Below are positions 12,064-22,269 of a stretch of 64,000 nt of DNA, piece after piece. The DNA is taken from assembly GCA_963790205.1 (NCBI GenBank), contig CAWBNQ010000005.1, positions 96,001 through 160,000 of the forward strand. The letters are read 5' to 3'. The DNA comes from Nitrospirota bacterium. Its GTDB lineage: Bacteria; Nitrospirota; UBA9217. Numbering within the stretch: position 1 is the first letter of the stretch; every line of letters begins with the position of its first letter. The translations under genes and the position numbers were made by a program. Under the pieces are notes generated by a model. It made no database searches, was not told where the DNA came from, and saw nothing but the letters and a program-made list of their open reading frames with translations.

Positions 12064-13398
12064 TTACCTTCTCCCGATGCCGTAGTATGTAAATCCCATC
12101 TTCTTCAGTTCCTCCTGGTTGTAGATGTTCCTGCCGTCAAAAATGACCGGATTTTTCATGATTTTTTTCATCTTCTGGAAGTCCGGCGTCCGGAACTCAT
12201 TCCATTCGGTCACAACGGCCAGTGCATCCGCACCCCGCAGCGCTTCATACCCGTCTTCCATAAGTGTTATTTTCTTCTTGAAGATTTTGCGCGCTTCATG
12301 CAGAGCCACCGGATCGTGCGCCCTGATCTCGGCACCGGCACGCAGCAGGTTTTGAATGATCACCACGGAAGGCGCCTCGCGCATGTCATCGGTTCGGGGC
12401 TTGAAGGAAAGACCCCATACTGCTACGGTTCGACCCGAGAGCGGCTTTGAAGACCTGGCATTCCTCATTGATTTTCTCGAAGCAAAGTGAGATAGAATGA
12501 GATCCGAAAGGACTTTCTTTTGCTGTTCGTTCACGGCTTCGACGGATTTCAGGACTCTGGCGTCAAAGCCGTGTTCTTTTGCCGTTTGCACCAGAGCCTT
12601 GACATCCTTCGGAAAGCAGGAGCCCCCATAGCCGACACCGGGGAACAGAAACTCAAATCCGATCCGCTTGTCATACCCCATTCCCCGACGCACACTGTCG
12701 ATATCCGCGCCCAGGCTCACGCAGATGTTGGCCATTTCGTTGATGAAGGAAATTTTGGTCGCCAGCATGGCATTGGAAGCGTACTTCGTCATTTCTGCGC
12801 TCCTGACGTCCATGACGAGCGTACGGTCTCCTTTGCGGACGAACGGTGCATAAACATCGTGCATGATCTGCATCGAGCGGGCGCTGTTTGCGCCGATCAC
12901 GATGCGATCCGGTTTCATGAAATCTTCGATTGCCGAGCCTTCCTTCAAAAACTCCGGATTGGACACCACCTCGAACTTGTGTTTGGTCTTACCGGCAACA
13001 ACTGCTTTGACCTTGTCGGCCGTACCCACAGGGACGGTACTCTTGTTGACGATAATCTTATAGCCGTTCAGGTGTCGAGCGATGTCCTCGGCCGCCCCAA
13101 GCACGTATTTGAGGTCTGCCGACCCGTTTTCTCCCGGCGGAGTACCGACGGCAATAAATATCACATTTGATTCGCGCACTGCCCGCGACATATTGGTGGT
13201 AAAGCTGAGCCGCCCATGGGCCACGTTCCGTTTGATCAGCTCTTCCAATCCGGGCTCGTAAATGGGAACGGTCCCATTATTAAGCAGCTCGATTTTTTTC
13301 TTGTCGATGTCCATGCAGATAACGTCATTGCCGCTTTCGGCAAGGCAGGTGCCGGTTACGAGACCGACGTACCCCGTGCCTATCACAGAAATTCTCAT
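12064..13398 (-). CDS. ugd: UDP-glucose 6-dehydrogenase
   Basis: GTGYVG, NKSTVPVGT, NPEFLKEG, GYGGSCFPKD and FKPRTDDMRE. Confidence 0.95.
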   Translation of the reverse strand: MRISVIGTGYVGLVTGTCLAESGNDVICMDIDKKKIELLNNGTVPIYEPGLEELIKRNVAHGRLSFTTNMSRAVRESNVIFIAVGTPPGENGSADLKYVLGAAEDIARHLNGYKIIVNKSTVPVGTADKVKAVVAGKTKHKFEVVSNPEFLKEGSAIEDFMKPDRIVIGANSARSMQIMHDVYAPFVRKGDRTLVMDVRSAEMTKYASNAMLATKISFINEMANICVSLGADIDSVRRGMGYDKRIGFEFLFPGVGYGGSCFPKDVKALVQTAKEHGFDARVLKSVEAVNEQQKKVLSDLILSHFASRKSMRNARSSKPLSGRTVAVWGLSFKPRTDDMREAPSVVIIQNLLRAGAEIRAHDPVALHEARKIFKKKITLMEDGYEALRGADALAVVTEWNEFRTPDFQKMKKIMKNPVIFDGRNIYNQEELKKMGFTYYGIGRR

Positions 13399-13411
13399 AA
13401 CTCTCCTTCGT

Positions 13412-14572
13412 TCAGAACGTTCTTCCCGAGTAGTTTTTTTCTATCCACTTCTGGTAGTCGCCGCTTCTGATGTTGTTCACCCATGCGGCATTTTTCAAGA
13501 ACCAGGCAACGGTATCCTTCAGTCCCTGCTCAAAGTTGTGGTTCTGCTTCCAGCCAAGCTCTCTCTTTATCTTGTCGCAATTGATGGCATAGCGGCGGTC
13601 GTGTCCGGGGCGATCAACGACAAAGGTAATAAGGTCACGATACCGGGTGAGTCGCGGCATCCTGTCCTTGATCAGAGGATTGTCGCTGATCGGGCAGAGC
13701 CGCTCCAGTATATCACAGATGTTCTGAACGACCTCGATGTTCTGTTTTTCACACTCTCCGCCGATATTATATGTTTCACCAGTTGTTCCTTTGGAGAGTA
13801 CCGTCCAGATGGCGTCGCAATGGTCTTTGACGTAGAGCCAGTCACGGACGTTCTTTCCATCGCCGTACACCGGGATCTGTTTCCCCTCGATGGCGTTCAA
13901 GACGGCGAGCGGAATCAGTTTCTCGGGAAAGTGATAGGGACCATAATTGTTCGAGCAATTGGAGATCGTGATCGGCAACCCGTAGGTATGAAAGTATGCC
14001 TTCACCAGGTGATCCGATGCGGCCTTGGAGGCCGAGTAAGGGCTTCGCGGATCGTAGGGCGTCGTTTCGAAGAAAAACCCCGTTTTGCCGAGAGAGCCAT
14101 AGACCTCATCAGTACTGATGTGATGAAAGCGGACGTCTCTCCTTCCGGCCCAGAGTTGGCGGGCCGCTTCGAGCAGGCTGAACGTTCCGTTGATGTTCGT
14201 CTGGACAAAATCCCCGGGGCCGAAAATGGAGCGGTCCACGTGGCTCTCGGCGGCAAAGTGTACCACGATGTTGATCCGGTATTTGTCGAAACCCGCCTTG
14301 ACCTTTTCAATATCGCAGATATCGCCGTGTTCGAAAAAATAGCGCTTGCCGCCGAATTTGTCGGAAATATCGGCGAGATTCAAGAGATTACCCGCATAGG
14401 TCAGCTTGTCGTAGTTGACAATGGACCCGTTGAAGTCCTGCTTTCCCAGCACGGAACGGATGAAATTCGAGCCGATGAATCCCGCGCCGCCGGTCACCAG
14501 GATGTTCGCTGATGAAAGGAATCGGGCGTCGGGAACATCGTGCGTATGGGTTGTGCTATGACTCTTATTCAT
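13412..14572 (-). CDS. rfbB: dTDP-glucose 4,6-dehydratase
   Basis: [40 protein letters not shown] and DRPGHDRRY. Confidence 0.97.
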   Translation of the reverse strand: MNKSHSTTHTHDVPDARFLSSANILVTGGAGFIGSNFIRSVLGKQDFNGSIVNYDKLTYAGNLLNLADISDKFGGKRYFFEHGDICDIEKVKAGFDKYRINIVVHFAAESHVDRSIFGPGDFVQTNINGTFSLLEAARQLWAGRRDVRFHHISTDEVYGSLGKTGFFFETTPYDPRSPYSASKAASDHLVKAYFHTYGLPITISNCSNNYGPYHFPEKLIPLAVLNAIEGKQIPVYGDGKNVRDWLYVKDHCDAIWTVLSKGTTGETYNIGGECEKQNIEVVQNICDILERLCPISDNPLIKDRMPRLTRYRDLITFVVDRPGHDRRYAINCDKIKRELGWKQNHNFEQGLKDTVAWFLKNAAWVNNIRSGDYQKWIEKNYSGRTF

Positions 14573-15424
14573 GATTCAGGATGTTTTCTCCGTAAAAAAG
14601 CTTCTACCGCCTGTTCCCAGGCAGGGATGACGACATTCAAAATATCCGACAGCCTGGCATTGCTCATGGCGGAGAATTTCGGCCGCGTGGCCGGCAGGTT
14701 AAAAAGGTCCATCGATACGGGTCTGACGAATTTTTTTATCCCGAGCTTTTTGATAATGAACGTCGCCCATTCGTACCGGGAACAGAAACCGGTGTTCGTC
14801 AAATGGTACAGGCCCCGGATGCCCGCATCAAGGGACCGCAGGGTGATATCAACGACCGTCTCGGCAGCGGTCGGGACCGAGAACTCGTCGCAGGCGATCT
14901 TCAGATATTCGCTGTTCTTCGCCCATTCCCGTAAGCTTGTAGATGAAATTTTGTTTTCCCTCGCCGTACACCCAGCTCAACCTGAAGACAAGGAAATTGC
15001 CTTCTGTTTCCCCGGACAGGTCTTCGCCGGACAGCTTGCTCTTCCCGTATTCGTTCAGGGGGTTCGTCGGGTCATTCTCAGTATAGAGGCCGCTTTCCTT
15101 CGTTCCATCGAAGACATAATCGGACCCAAAATGCACGAGGACGGCCTTGTGTTTGCCGGCGGCCCGGGCCAGATTTTTCGGCCCCGCTGCATTCACCGCG
15201 AATACCTTTTCACGCTCCTGTTCGGCCTTGTCCACGAGGTTGTAGGCCGCGCAGTTGATGATGACATCCGGTTTATAAGCCGCGACGGCCTCCATGACGT
15301 TCGCGCTGTTCGTGATGTCGAGCCGTGATTCATCGGGAGCGCTGAAGTCCGTCGAACGCGCCTCGAACCTCTTGATGAACGCCCGGGCAAGCTGTCCGTT
15401 TCTGCCGGTAATAAGGTATTTCAT
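14569..15424 (-). pseudogene. rfbD: dTDP-4-dehydrorhamnose reductase, +1 frameshift near 14928-14930
   Basis: GRNGQL, NCAAY, SDYVFDG and YGKSK; removing one G in ACG-GGA-ATG restores ...KLTEWAKNSEYLKIACDEFSVPT...GLYHLTNTG and joins the 14569-14802 ORF. Confidence 0.88.
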
Positions 15425-15987
15425 GAGCGCACGGTGAAGACGAAGTTATTATCCGCGTCCTTCAGAAAAGGATGTGATTTGTCCTTGCCGGACAGCAGCG
15501 GGTCGTTGAGCGGCCACGCGATGCCGATGTCGGGATCGCTCCAGATGATGCCCCGGTCGTTCGAGGGCGAATACTCCTCGGTGCACTTGTACAGCACCTC
15601 TGCCGTGTCGCTCACGACCTGGAAGCCATGCGCGAACCCGGCCGGAACATAGAGCAGGTGCTTGTTTTCCCCTGACAGTTCCACGCCGGCCCATTTCCCG
15701 TACTGCGGGGAGCCTTTGCGGAGATCCACGGCAACGTCGAAAATATTGCCTTTTATGCACATGACGAGCTTGCCCTGAGCCATGGGGTTTTTCTGGTAAT
15801 GGAGCCCTCTCAGTACGCCCTTCGCGGATTTTGAATAGTTGTCCTGGACGAGATGCTCCCCTATTCCCGCGAGGACAAAATCGGAATGTTTGTAGAGCTC
15901 AAGAAAAAACCCGCGCCCGTCGCCGAAGACCTGAGGTTTAATAAGAATGAGACCGGGTATTTCCAGGGCTGTGAATTCAAAGGGCAT
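15421..15987 (-). CDS. rfbC: dTDP-4-dehydrorhamnose 3,5-epimerase
   Basis: [25 protein letters not shown] and GFAHGF; true start ATG 15987 (MPFEF). Confidence 0.96.
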   Translation of the reverse strand: MPFEFTALEIPGLILIKPQVFGDGRGFFLELYKHSDFVLAGIGEHLVQDNYSKSAKGVLRGLHYQKNPMAQGKLVMCIKGNIFDVAVDLRKGSPQYGKWAGVELSGENKHLLYVPAGFAHGFQVVSDTAEVLYKCTEEYSPSNDRGIIWSDPDIGIAWPLNDPLLSGKDKSHPFLKDADNNFVFTVRS

Positions 15988-16870
15988 TCGGCACCCCTTG
16001 TTCCGCGACCATTTTAAGATAGTCACCATAGGAATTCTTTTTGTGGCTCTCGGCGGCCTTGAGCAGTTTTTCCTTGTCGATGTAGCCCAGCTTGTACGCG
16101 ATCTCCTCGATGCAGGCCATCTTAAGGCCCTGCCGTTTTTCGATCGTCGCGATGAACTCGCCGGCTTCGAGCAGGCTTTCGTGGGTGCCCGTATCGAGCC
16201 AGGCGTATCCCCGGCCCAAGAGCTCGACCCTGAGTTCTTTCTTTGCAAGATAAGCCTTGTTTACGTCGGTTATTTCAAGCTCTCCCCGTTGCGATGGTTT
16301 TATGTTCTTTGCGATGGTGATCACGGTGTTGTCGTAAAAGTAGAGGCCGGTAACCGCATACCGGGATTTCGGTTCTGCCGGTTTTTCCTCAACAGAGAGC
16401 ACGCTGCCGGACTGGTCGAATTCAACGATGCCGTATCGCTGGGGGTCCTTCACATAATATCCGAACACCGTTGCGCCGCCTGCCGATTCCACATCGTTCA
16501 CAGCCTTGTTGAGCAGTTCCGAAAGACCGTGACCGAAAAAGATATTATCTCCCAACACAAGGCATACGGAGTCTTTTCCCACAAATTTTTCGCCGATAAG
16601 AAAGGCCTCTGCAAGACCGTTCGGCTGAGCCTGCGCTTCATATGAAAAGCGCAGGCCGAGGTCCGAGCCGCCGCCGAAGATGTCCTTGAACCGCGGCAGG
16701 TCAATGGGGGTCGATATGATCAATATTTCCCTGATGCCGGCGAGCATGAGTATCGAGAGCGGGTAATAGATCATCGGTTTGTCATAAATGGGCAGCAGCT
16801 GTTTGCACACTCCCCGCGTGATGGGGTAGAGCCGCGTCCCGCTGCCGCCTGCTAAAATGATCCCTTTCAT
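15977..16870 (-). CDS. rfbA: Glucose-1-phosphate thymidylyltransferase
   Basis: [33 protein letters not shown] and WLDTGT. Confidence 0.98.
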   Translation of the reverse strand: MKGIILAGGSGTRLYPITRGVCKQLLPIYDKPMIYYPLSILMLAGIREILIISTPIDLPRFKDIFGGGSDLGLRFSYEAQAQPNGLAEAFLIGEKFVGKDSVCLVLGDNIFFGHGLSELLNKAVNDVESAGGATVFGYYVKDPQRYGIVEFDQSGSVLSVEEKPAEPKSRYAVTGLYFYDNTVITIAKNIKPSQRGELEITDVNKAYLAKKELRVELLGRGYAWLDTGTHESLLEAGEFIATIEKRQGLKMACIEEIAYKLGYIDKEKLLKAAESHKKNSYGDYLKMVAEQGVPNAL

Positions 16871-16981
16871 GTATCTCCTGGACTCCCCTCATATAGTATC
16901 TGAATTGTTGCGGCCCGGAAAGGAAAAACTGAGCATGAATTAGTACATCCTGAACAATATCAAATAATCAAAACTGGAAAA

Positions 16982-17189
16982 ATGAACCTCCCCGCAGCAA
17001 ATGTTTTAAGGTTCGTATAGGTATCTGCAAGGTATCTGTTCTTAATTTTCTCCCCTCCCTAGATGGGAGGGGATCAAGGGGAGGGTGAAGTATTCGTCGT
17101 GCATCACCGTCACCCCCACCTAACCTCCCCCATCGGGGGGAGGGATCTAAGAGGTGACCCTGTACAAGCTACAGGGCATTGCAAGTTAA
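16982..17189. repeat. Composite intergenic element: REP-like outer ends enclosing an inverted pair of BoxC-like hairpins
   Basis: Left ATGAACCTCCCCGCAGCAA; right CCCTGTACAAGCTACAGGG; inner TCCCCTCCC-TAGAT-GGGAGGGGA plus purine tail (17051-17088) and pyrimidine tail plus CCTCCCCC-ATCG-GGGGGAGG (17110-17143). Confidence 0.7.
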
Positions 17190-17257
17190 CTAGTTGTATT
17201 CCTAAATTGTTTGAGATTTCGAGGTTCGAATTGAGAATGTTAATTGTTCTCTGCGTC

Positions 17258-18253
17258 TCAGCCGGTCGTTATTTTCTGTTTCAGCTCTTCGGGTCTTACC
17301 GTCGCGGTCCCCACGACGCCAACCACGATCCCTGCGGCGAAGTTCGAAATCCTGGCGGCATCCACCGTGCCTGCGCCGGCGGCCATCGCGAGGGTGAGCG
17401 CGCTGATCACGGTATCGCCGGCGCCGGTGACGTCGAACACCTCCTGCGCGACCGTCGGGATGTGCGTGATCCGGCCGCCCCGTTCAAAGAGGCTCATGCC
17501 GTGCTCCCCTCGCGTAATAAGCACGGCGTCGCATTTGAGCCTCCCGAGAAGCAGCGCACCGGCCCTGAGCAGGCTCTCGTCGTCCTCGATGTCGATCTTC
17601 GCGCCGATCGAAGCTTCCTTGATATTGGGCGTCAGGATGGTCACGCCCCGGTAAATGCCGAAATGGTTCACCTTGGGGTCCACCGATACGATAACGCTGT
17701 TCTTTCGCGCCAGTTTCATGATGTCCCGCACGAGGGCTTTCGTGACGACACCTTTGCAATAGTCGGAAACTACGATGGCATCGAGCCCGTCCCGCACCTG
17801 CTGTTTCACAAAGTCGAATATCCCCCGGTGCGTGTCCCGCTCGATGCCGTTCTTCGTCTCCCGGTCGAAGCGGACCACCTGCTGGCTGTGCGCGATCACA
17901 CGGGTCTTGATCGTCGTCGGCCTGTCTTTTTCGACGATAAGGCCATCGGTGCGGATGCCCTGCACGCGAAGCATATGAACCAGCTGTTTTCCGGCATCGT
18001 CATGGCCGATCACCCCGCACACGCTCACGTTGCCGCCGAGCGAGTGAATATTGTTGACCACGTTCGTGGCGGCGCCCAACAGCACGTTCTCCCTGGTCAC
18101 GCTCACGACGGGCACCGGCGCTTCCGGCGATATGCGGGACACGTTTCCCCACACGTAATGGTCGAGCATGACGTCGCCGACAACGAGCGTGCGCGTTCGG
18201 GGAAAATGGTCGATAAATTTTATAAGGCGCTTTGATTCCGATTTTGAGGTCAT
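17258..18253 (-). CDS. rfaE1: D-glycero-beta-D-manno-heptose-7-phosphate kinase (stand-alone HldE/RfaE kinase domain)
   Basis: GDVMLDHY, RISPEAPVPV, SDYCKG, LTPN and VFDVTGAGDT. Confidence 0.95.
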   Translation of the reverse strand: MTSKSESKRLIKFIDHFPRTRTLVVGDVMLDHYVWGNVSRISPEAPVPVVSVTRENVLLGAATNVVNNIHSLGGNVSVCGVIGHDDAGKQLVHMLRVQGIRTDGLIVEKDRPTTIKTRVIAHSQQVVRFDRETKNGIERDTHRGIFDFVKQQVRDGLDAIVVSDYCKGVVTKALVRDIMKLARKNSVIVSVDPKVNHFGIYRGVTILTPNIKEASIGAKIDIEDDESLLRAGALLLGRLKCDAVLITRGEHGMSLFERGGRITHIPTVAQEVFDVTGAGDTVISALTLAMAAGAGTVDAARISNFAAGIVVGVVGTATVRPEELKQKITTG

Positions 18254-19045
18254 TTTTTATCTTCTCCGGCCCGCGCGGCCACGAGCGTCGAGACGATGGA
18301 GCCGATGCTGATCGTGCTTTGCATGAGAACCGGAATTTTCCGCGCATCGTCCGTAAGCCAGATATAGATCTCTCCCTTGTTCTGGAACACTCCTTCGTAC
18401 TTGGGGTAGGTTTTAAGCTTTATCGTATTGAGCTCGCCGAACGAGGTCTTTAATTTTTCTTTTCCGAGGACATACACGTCGACCGTCCAATTTTTATCAT
18501 CATCGTGCACATTGACGGTAATCGGTTTCCCGACGATGAAATCCTGCTTCGTCCTGACATAGTAGAGGGACGAGAGAGGGTCCTGTATGTCCGCGCGGGA
18601 CGGGGTACGTGTTTTGCTGGCCGTCGGAAAGCACCGTTACGGTGCCCTCTTTATAGTGGAATTTCATTTCGCGCTTTTTTTTCCGTTTCCCGTGAGACTG
18701 GTCCAGGCTGTAGGAAAGCGGGCGCAGTTTTTCCACATCAAAGACGCTCTCAATTTTGTCCGATACGGTGTAGAATTTAGACAACAGTCTGCTGGAATGC
18801 GCTGTGGAAATGAGATGATATACAATTTCCCCGTCAGCCTTCTTTTCCTCCCTGACTTCCATGACCGCGGTGCCTGCGTGTATGATATTAGACCAACTGA
18901 TATCGTAGGTGAGTTTCTCTCCTGGTTTAAAAGGTAGATTAACGGAGGGAACAGGGTGCATCTGTTTTTGGCCGGCATCACCGGATGCCGGGAGGGCAAA
19001 CAACAATCCTAATACTATCCAAACAGCCGATAATGCTTTCAACAT
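18250..19045 (-). pseudogene. DUF3108-family exported protein, +1 frameshift near 18592-18598
   Basis: Signal peptide and PFKPGEKLTYDISW; removing one base in GTCCCGCGCGGAC gives ...YPVPADIQDPLSSLYYVR...VHDDDK and continues to IWLTDDARKIPV. Confidence 0.8.
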
Positions 19046-19111
19046 GAACCGGGCGTATCTCCGCTTAACGATTAATTTAGTGGGGGAAAAATCATCATAT
19101 ACAGTTTTTCT

Positions 19112-19140
19112 ATAATAGGGGAAAGTCGTTCATTTGTAAA
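19112..19140 (-). promoter_or_regulatory. Sigma70 promoter for the leftward LPS operon
   Basis: TTTACA-17-TATTAT on the minus strand. Confidence 0.5.
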
Positions 19141-19193
19141 GATAATTTTTATATTGCGAGTCTCCCATTGGTCGCCCGTAATAATGTTTAACC

Positions 19194-19222
19194 TTGCGAC
19201 GATCGCTCCTTTATATTATTAT
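19194..19222 (+). promoter_or_regulatory. Sigma70 promoter for the GT9 gene
   Basis: TTGCGA-17-TATTAT. Confidence 0.45.
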
Positions 19223-19249
19223 GCACCCAGTTCCTCAAGATATCCCATT

Positions 19250-20248
19250 ATGGACCGATTCGACAACATCCTCATCATTAAACCGGGCGCAATAGGCGAC
19301 CTCCTCCAGCTGACCCCGGTCATCAGGGCACTGAAGAGCAGGTATCCTCAAGCGGACCTTTCCCTTCTTGTCGGCTCCACGGCCACCGCGGAACTTTTTA
19401 AATATAACGTCCATGTTCATGAAACGCTGGTGTTCGACAAAGCGGGAGCACACAGGTCGTTCCGGGCGCTTGTGCGGCTCCGGCGGGTTCTTCGAGGCAA
19501 TAAATATGATCTCGTCGTCAACTTTCAGCGAAGCAACCTGAGAACGTGGTTCCTGGCGAGCGCTGCTTTCCCCTGCCGCGTGCTGGTATATCACAAAGCC
19601 CGCACCAGAACTGTTCATGCCGTAGTCAACTATCTTGAGACTGTTGCTCCGCTCGGCATCGATGCCACGAAGATGAGCCTGGAGCTTACCTTCAGCGCCC
19701 GGGAACGGGCTTTTGCGGAGGAAAGCATTTCCCCTTTGGGCCGCGCCGGGAAACCGCTGATTGCCTTAAATCCCGGGGCGAGCCATCCGGTGAATCGCTG
19801 GGCAACGGACCGCTTTGCGGCGCTTTCGGATATACTGACGCAGAAGCTTGCGGCAAGAGTCATTCTTATCGGCGGGAAGGAAGATGCCCCCCTGGCAGAC
19901 GAGATAGCGTCAAAAACCGGTTCGAAGCCCCTCAACATGACCGGCAAAGCAAGCCTTCTTCAATTGGGCGCGCTTCTGGAACAATGTGATATCCTGGTAA
20001 GCGGTGATACGGGCCCGATGCATATCGCGACCGCAGTGGGTACGAGGGTCGTTGCGCTCTTCGGGGCCGCGGACCCGGCACGAACGGGTCCCGTCGGCAG
20101 CGGCCACCGGCTGATACAGGCTGCGAATGTGCCCTGCATCCCTTGCAGAAGCCGCACCTGCAACAACAGAACATATCTGGAATGCATGGAAAAAATTCCG
20201 GTCTCCCTTGTTTTCGAAACAATTCGCGACATGCTTGATAAAGGATGA
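19250..20248 (+). CDS. LPS heptosyltransferase (GT9)
   Basis: KPGAIGDLL, LNPGAS, SGDTGPMHIA and LFG..P.RTGP; start ATG 19250. Confidence 0.92.
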   Translation: MDRFDNILIIKPGAIGDLLQLTPVIRALKSRYPQADLSLLVGSTATAELFKYNVHVHETLVFDKAGAHRSFRALVRLRRVLRGNKYDLVVNFQRSNLRTWFLASAAFPCRVLVYHKARTRTVHAVVNYLETVAPLGIDATKMSLELTFSARERAFAEESISPLGRAGKPLIALNPGASHPVNRWATDRFAALSDILTQKLAARVILIGGKEDAPLADEIASKTGSKPLNMTGKASLLQLGALLEQCDILVSGDTGPMHIATAVGTRVVALFGAADPARTGPVGSGHRLIQAANVPCIPCRSRTCNNRTYLECMEKIPVSLVFETIRDMLDKG

Positions 20249-20252
20249 GAGG

Positions 20253-20327
20253 AAGTATGAAATTCGAAATGAGAAGGGTGAAATAAGCAAATCGGGATAG
20301 CATATGACTTCAAACTTCTAATTTTTA
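20253..20327. repeat. Degenerate heptamer-periodic inverted array
   Basis: AAGTATG AAATTCG AAATGAG AAGGGTG AAATAAG ... ACTTCAA ACTTCTA ATTTTTA. Confidence 0.6.
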
Positions 20328-20484
20328 CTACGAGCCTTCATTTGCTGCAGGGAGCTTCAATATTGGGGGTCCTATGATTTACATCATGGATGTTTTCAGC
20401 GATTAGGCGTAGAGTATGACCAGCAAAGATGAAAATGTCGAATTGTATTTTAGAGACAGCATAAGCAAGAAAGGAGCGATCGTT

Positions 20485-20667
20485 ATGGCGACGCCAAAAG
20501 TTGACATGGATACCTGTATCGGCTGCGGACTCTGCTCCGAGCTCTGTCCCAAGGTTTTTGAACTCAGGGACGACAAGGCATGGGTTGTCAATCCCGGCGG
20601 CTGCGACACCTGCGACTGCCAGCAGGCTGTAGACAGCTGCCCCGTCACGGCAATATCCCTGGAATAA
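20485..20667 (+). CDS. Small ferredoxin
   Basis: CIGCGLCSELCP...CPVTAI; AAGGAG SD before ATG 20485. Confidence 0.92.
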   Translation: MATPKVDMDTCIGCGLCSELCPKVFELRDDKAWVVNPGGCDTCDCQQAVDSCPVTAISLE

Positions 20668-20772
20668 TATTCAGTCCGTTTCAGGAGGTGCGATCCTGCC
20701 CCTCCTGCGCTCTGTTTTCCCCTGATATCTTCCTGTTATCCTCTTGGTTATCTTCATCGGTGACATTTTTTC

Positions 20773-20800
20773 TTGACAAATGTCTGCGTTTCTATAATAT
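20773..20800 (+). promoter_or_regulatory. Sigma70 promoter of tRNA-Leu
   Basis: TTGACA-16-TAATAT about 20 nt before the tRNA. Confidence 0.6.
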
Positions 20801-20820
20801 TCACTTCGTACGCTTTTTAT

Positions 20821-20909
20821 GCCGCTGTGGCGGAATTGGCAGACGCAAGAGACTTAAAATCTCTCGACGGGCAACTGTCGTACCGGTTCAATTCCGGTCA
20901 GCGGCACCA
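20821..20909 (+). tRNA. tRNA-Leu (anticodon TAA)
   Basis: Acceptor GCCGCTG/CAGCGGC, D-arm, AGAGA-CT-TAA-AA-TCTCT, long variable arm, ACCGG-TTCAATT-CCGGT and encoded CCA. Confidence 0.97.
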
Positions 20910-20915
20910 GAAAAT

Positions 20916-20948
20916 AAAAAAGACCGGTTCGTCTGCCGGTCTTTTTTT
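20916..20948 (+). terminator. Intrinsic terminator after the tRNA (bidirectional form)
   Basis: AAAAAAGACCGG-loop-CCGGTCTTTTTTT. Confidence 0.85.
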
Positions 20949-21016
20949 GTTTGCTGACGAACGGGATCGAACAAGGGGCTATGGGGAAAAGGCCTTCCTC
21001 TTTGTTAGTTTTCTTT

Positions 21017-21051
21017 CACTCATCACTCCGAACTCCACACTCCGAACTCAT
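21017..21051. repeat. Heptamer tandem array (5 units)
   Basis: CACTCAT CACTCCG AACTCCA CACTCCG AACTCAT. Confidence 0.75.
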
Positions 21052-21089
21052 CCCGGGGGCTGGCCCCTTCGGGAAGCGGAGCGCGTGAG

Positions 21090-21105
21090 ATTCCGGTCAG
21101 GGCAC
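21090..21105 (+). repeat. Direct repeat of the tRNA-Leu 3' end
   Basis: ATTCCGGTCAG-GGCAC versus ATTCCGGTCAGCGGCAC at 20891-20907. Confidence 0.75.
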
Positions 21106-21309
21106 AACATTCATGGCCCTTCAGTGGGATGACAAGAGCGTCTTTTCCTGTCCGCGCATGCTTCTTTCCCAACAAACCCTTGACAACAGTGCCCTAATAT
21201 CCGATAATACCCGCGCTTCTTATGATGAACGTTCAAACTCTACCGCTGTAATCCCATGGTTATAATGCCTGTTTTCTTTATTCATTGTTAAGGTAATGAG
21301 GAGTACGAT

Positions 21310-22269
21310 TTGCCGCCAGAATACCTCGAATTCGAAAAACCGATCGCCGACCTGGAAAAAAAGATAGAGGAGCTTACCCTCTTCACCTCGAGCGGCAATA
21401 TCGATCTCGAAGAAGAAATCCTCAAGCTCCACAAAAAAGCCGATCAGCTGCGCGCCGAGATTTATTCAAGGCTCACTCCCTGGCAAAAGGCCCAGATCTC
21501 GCGGCATCCGAACCGGCCCTACACCCTCGATTATATCGAAGCCATGCTGACGGACTTCACCGAGATGCACGGTGATCGGGGTTTTGCCGATGACCCGGCC
21601 ATCGTGTGCGGCATGGCCAGGCTCGACGGTATGCCGATCGTCGTGATCGGCCATCAAAAAGGAAGGACCACGAAAGAAAAGATTTCCCGCAACTTCGGCA
21701 TGCCCAACCCCGAAGGCTACCGGAAGGCCCTGCGCGCCATGCGGTTTGCCGAAAAATTCAAGAAGCCGCTCATAACCTTCATCGACACGCCGGGCGCCTA
21801 TCCGGGCATCGGCGCGGAAGAACGGGGCCAGGGCGAATCGATCGCGCGGAATTTATATGTCATGTCGGGCCTCACGGTCCCCATCGTCGCGACCGTGATC
21901 GGTGAAGGCGGAAGCGGCGGAGCGCTCGCGCTCGGCGTGGCCGATCGCGTGCTCATGCTGGAACATGCGACCTATTCGGTCATCTCTCCCGAAGGCTGCG
22001 CGGCCATCCTTTGGAACAATGGTTCGAAGGCCTATGAAGCCGCAGACCTGCTCAAGATCACCGCGCAGGATCTGTTCCAGATGAAAGTAATTGATGAAAT
22101 GATCGAAGAACCGATCGGGGGCGCGCACCGCGACCCGAGGAGGGCGGCGGAGCTGCTCAAAGAGGCGATAACCAGGAACCTGTCGGAGATAAAAGACCTG
22201 TCGCCCGCGGAGCTTGTCAGGCTGCGGTATGAAAAATTCAGAAAGCTGGGAATGTTCGACGAGATATAA
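21310..22269 (+). CDS. accA: Acetyl-CoA carboxylase carboxyltransferase alpha subunit
   Basis: YLEFEKP, RHPNRP, NFGMPNPEGYRK, DTPGAYPG and GEGGSGGA; TTG start after GAGGAG. Confidence 0.98.
   Translation: MPPEYLEFEKPIADLEKKIEELTLFTSSGNIDLEEEILKLHKKADQLRAEIYSRLTPWQKAQISRHPNRPYTLDYIEAMLTDFTEMHGDRGFADDPAIVCGMARLDGMPIVVIGHQKGRTTKEKISRNFGMPNPEGYRKALRAMRFAEKFKKPLITFIDTPGAYPGIGAEERGQGESIARNLYVMSGLTVPIVATVIGEGGSGGALALGVADRVLMLEHATYSVISPEGCAAILWNNGSKAYEAADLLKITAQDLFQMKVIDEMIEEPIGGAHRDPRRAAELLKEAITRNLSEIKDLSPAELVRLRYEKFRKLGMFDEI

Noticed and set aside
20910..21300. Integrated prophage or genomic island at tRNA-Leu
   Set aside because: No integrase or cargo; only about 200 bp lie between the direct repeats.
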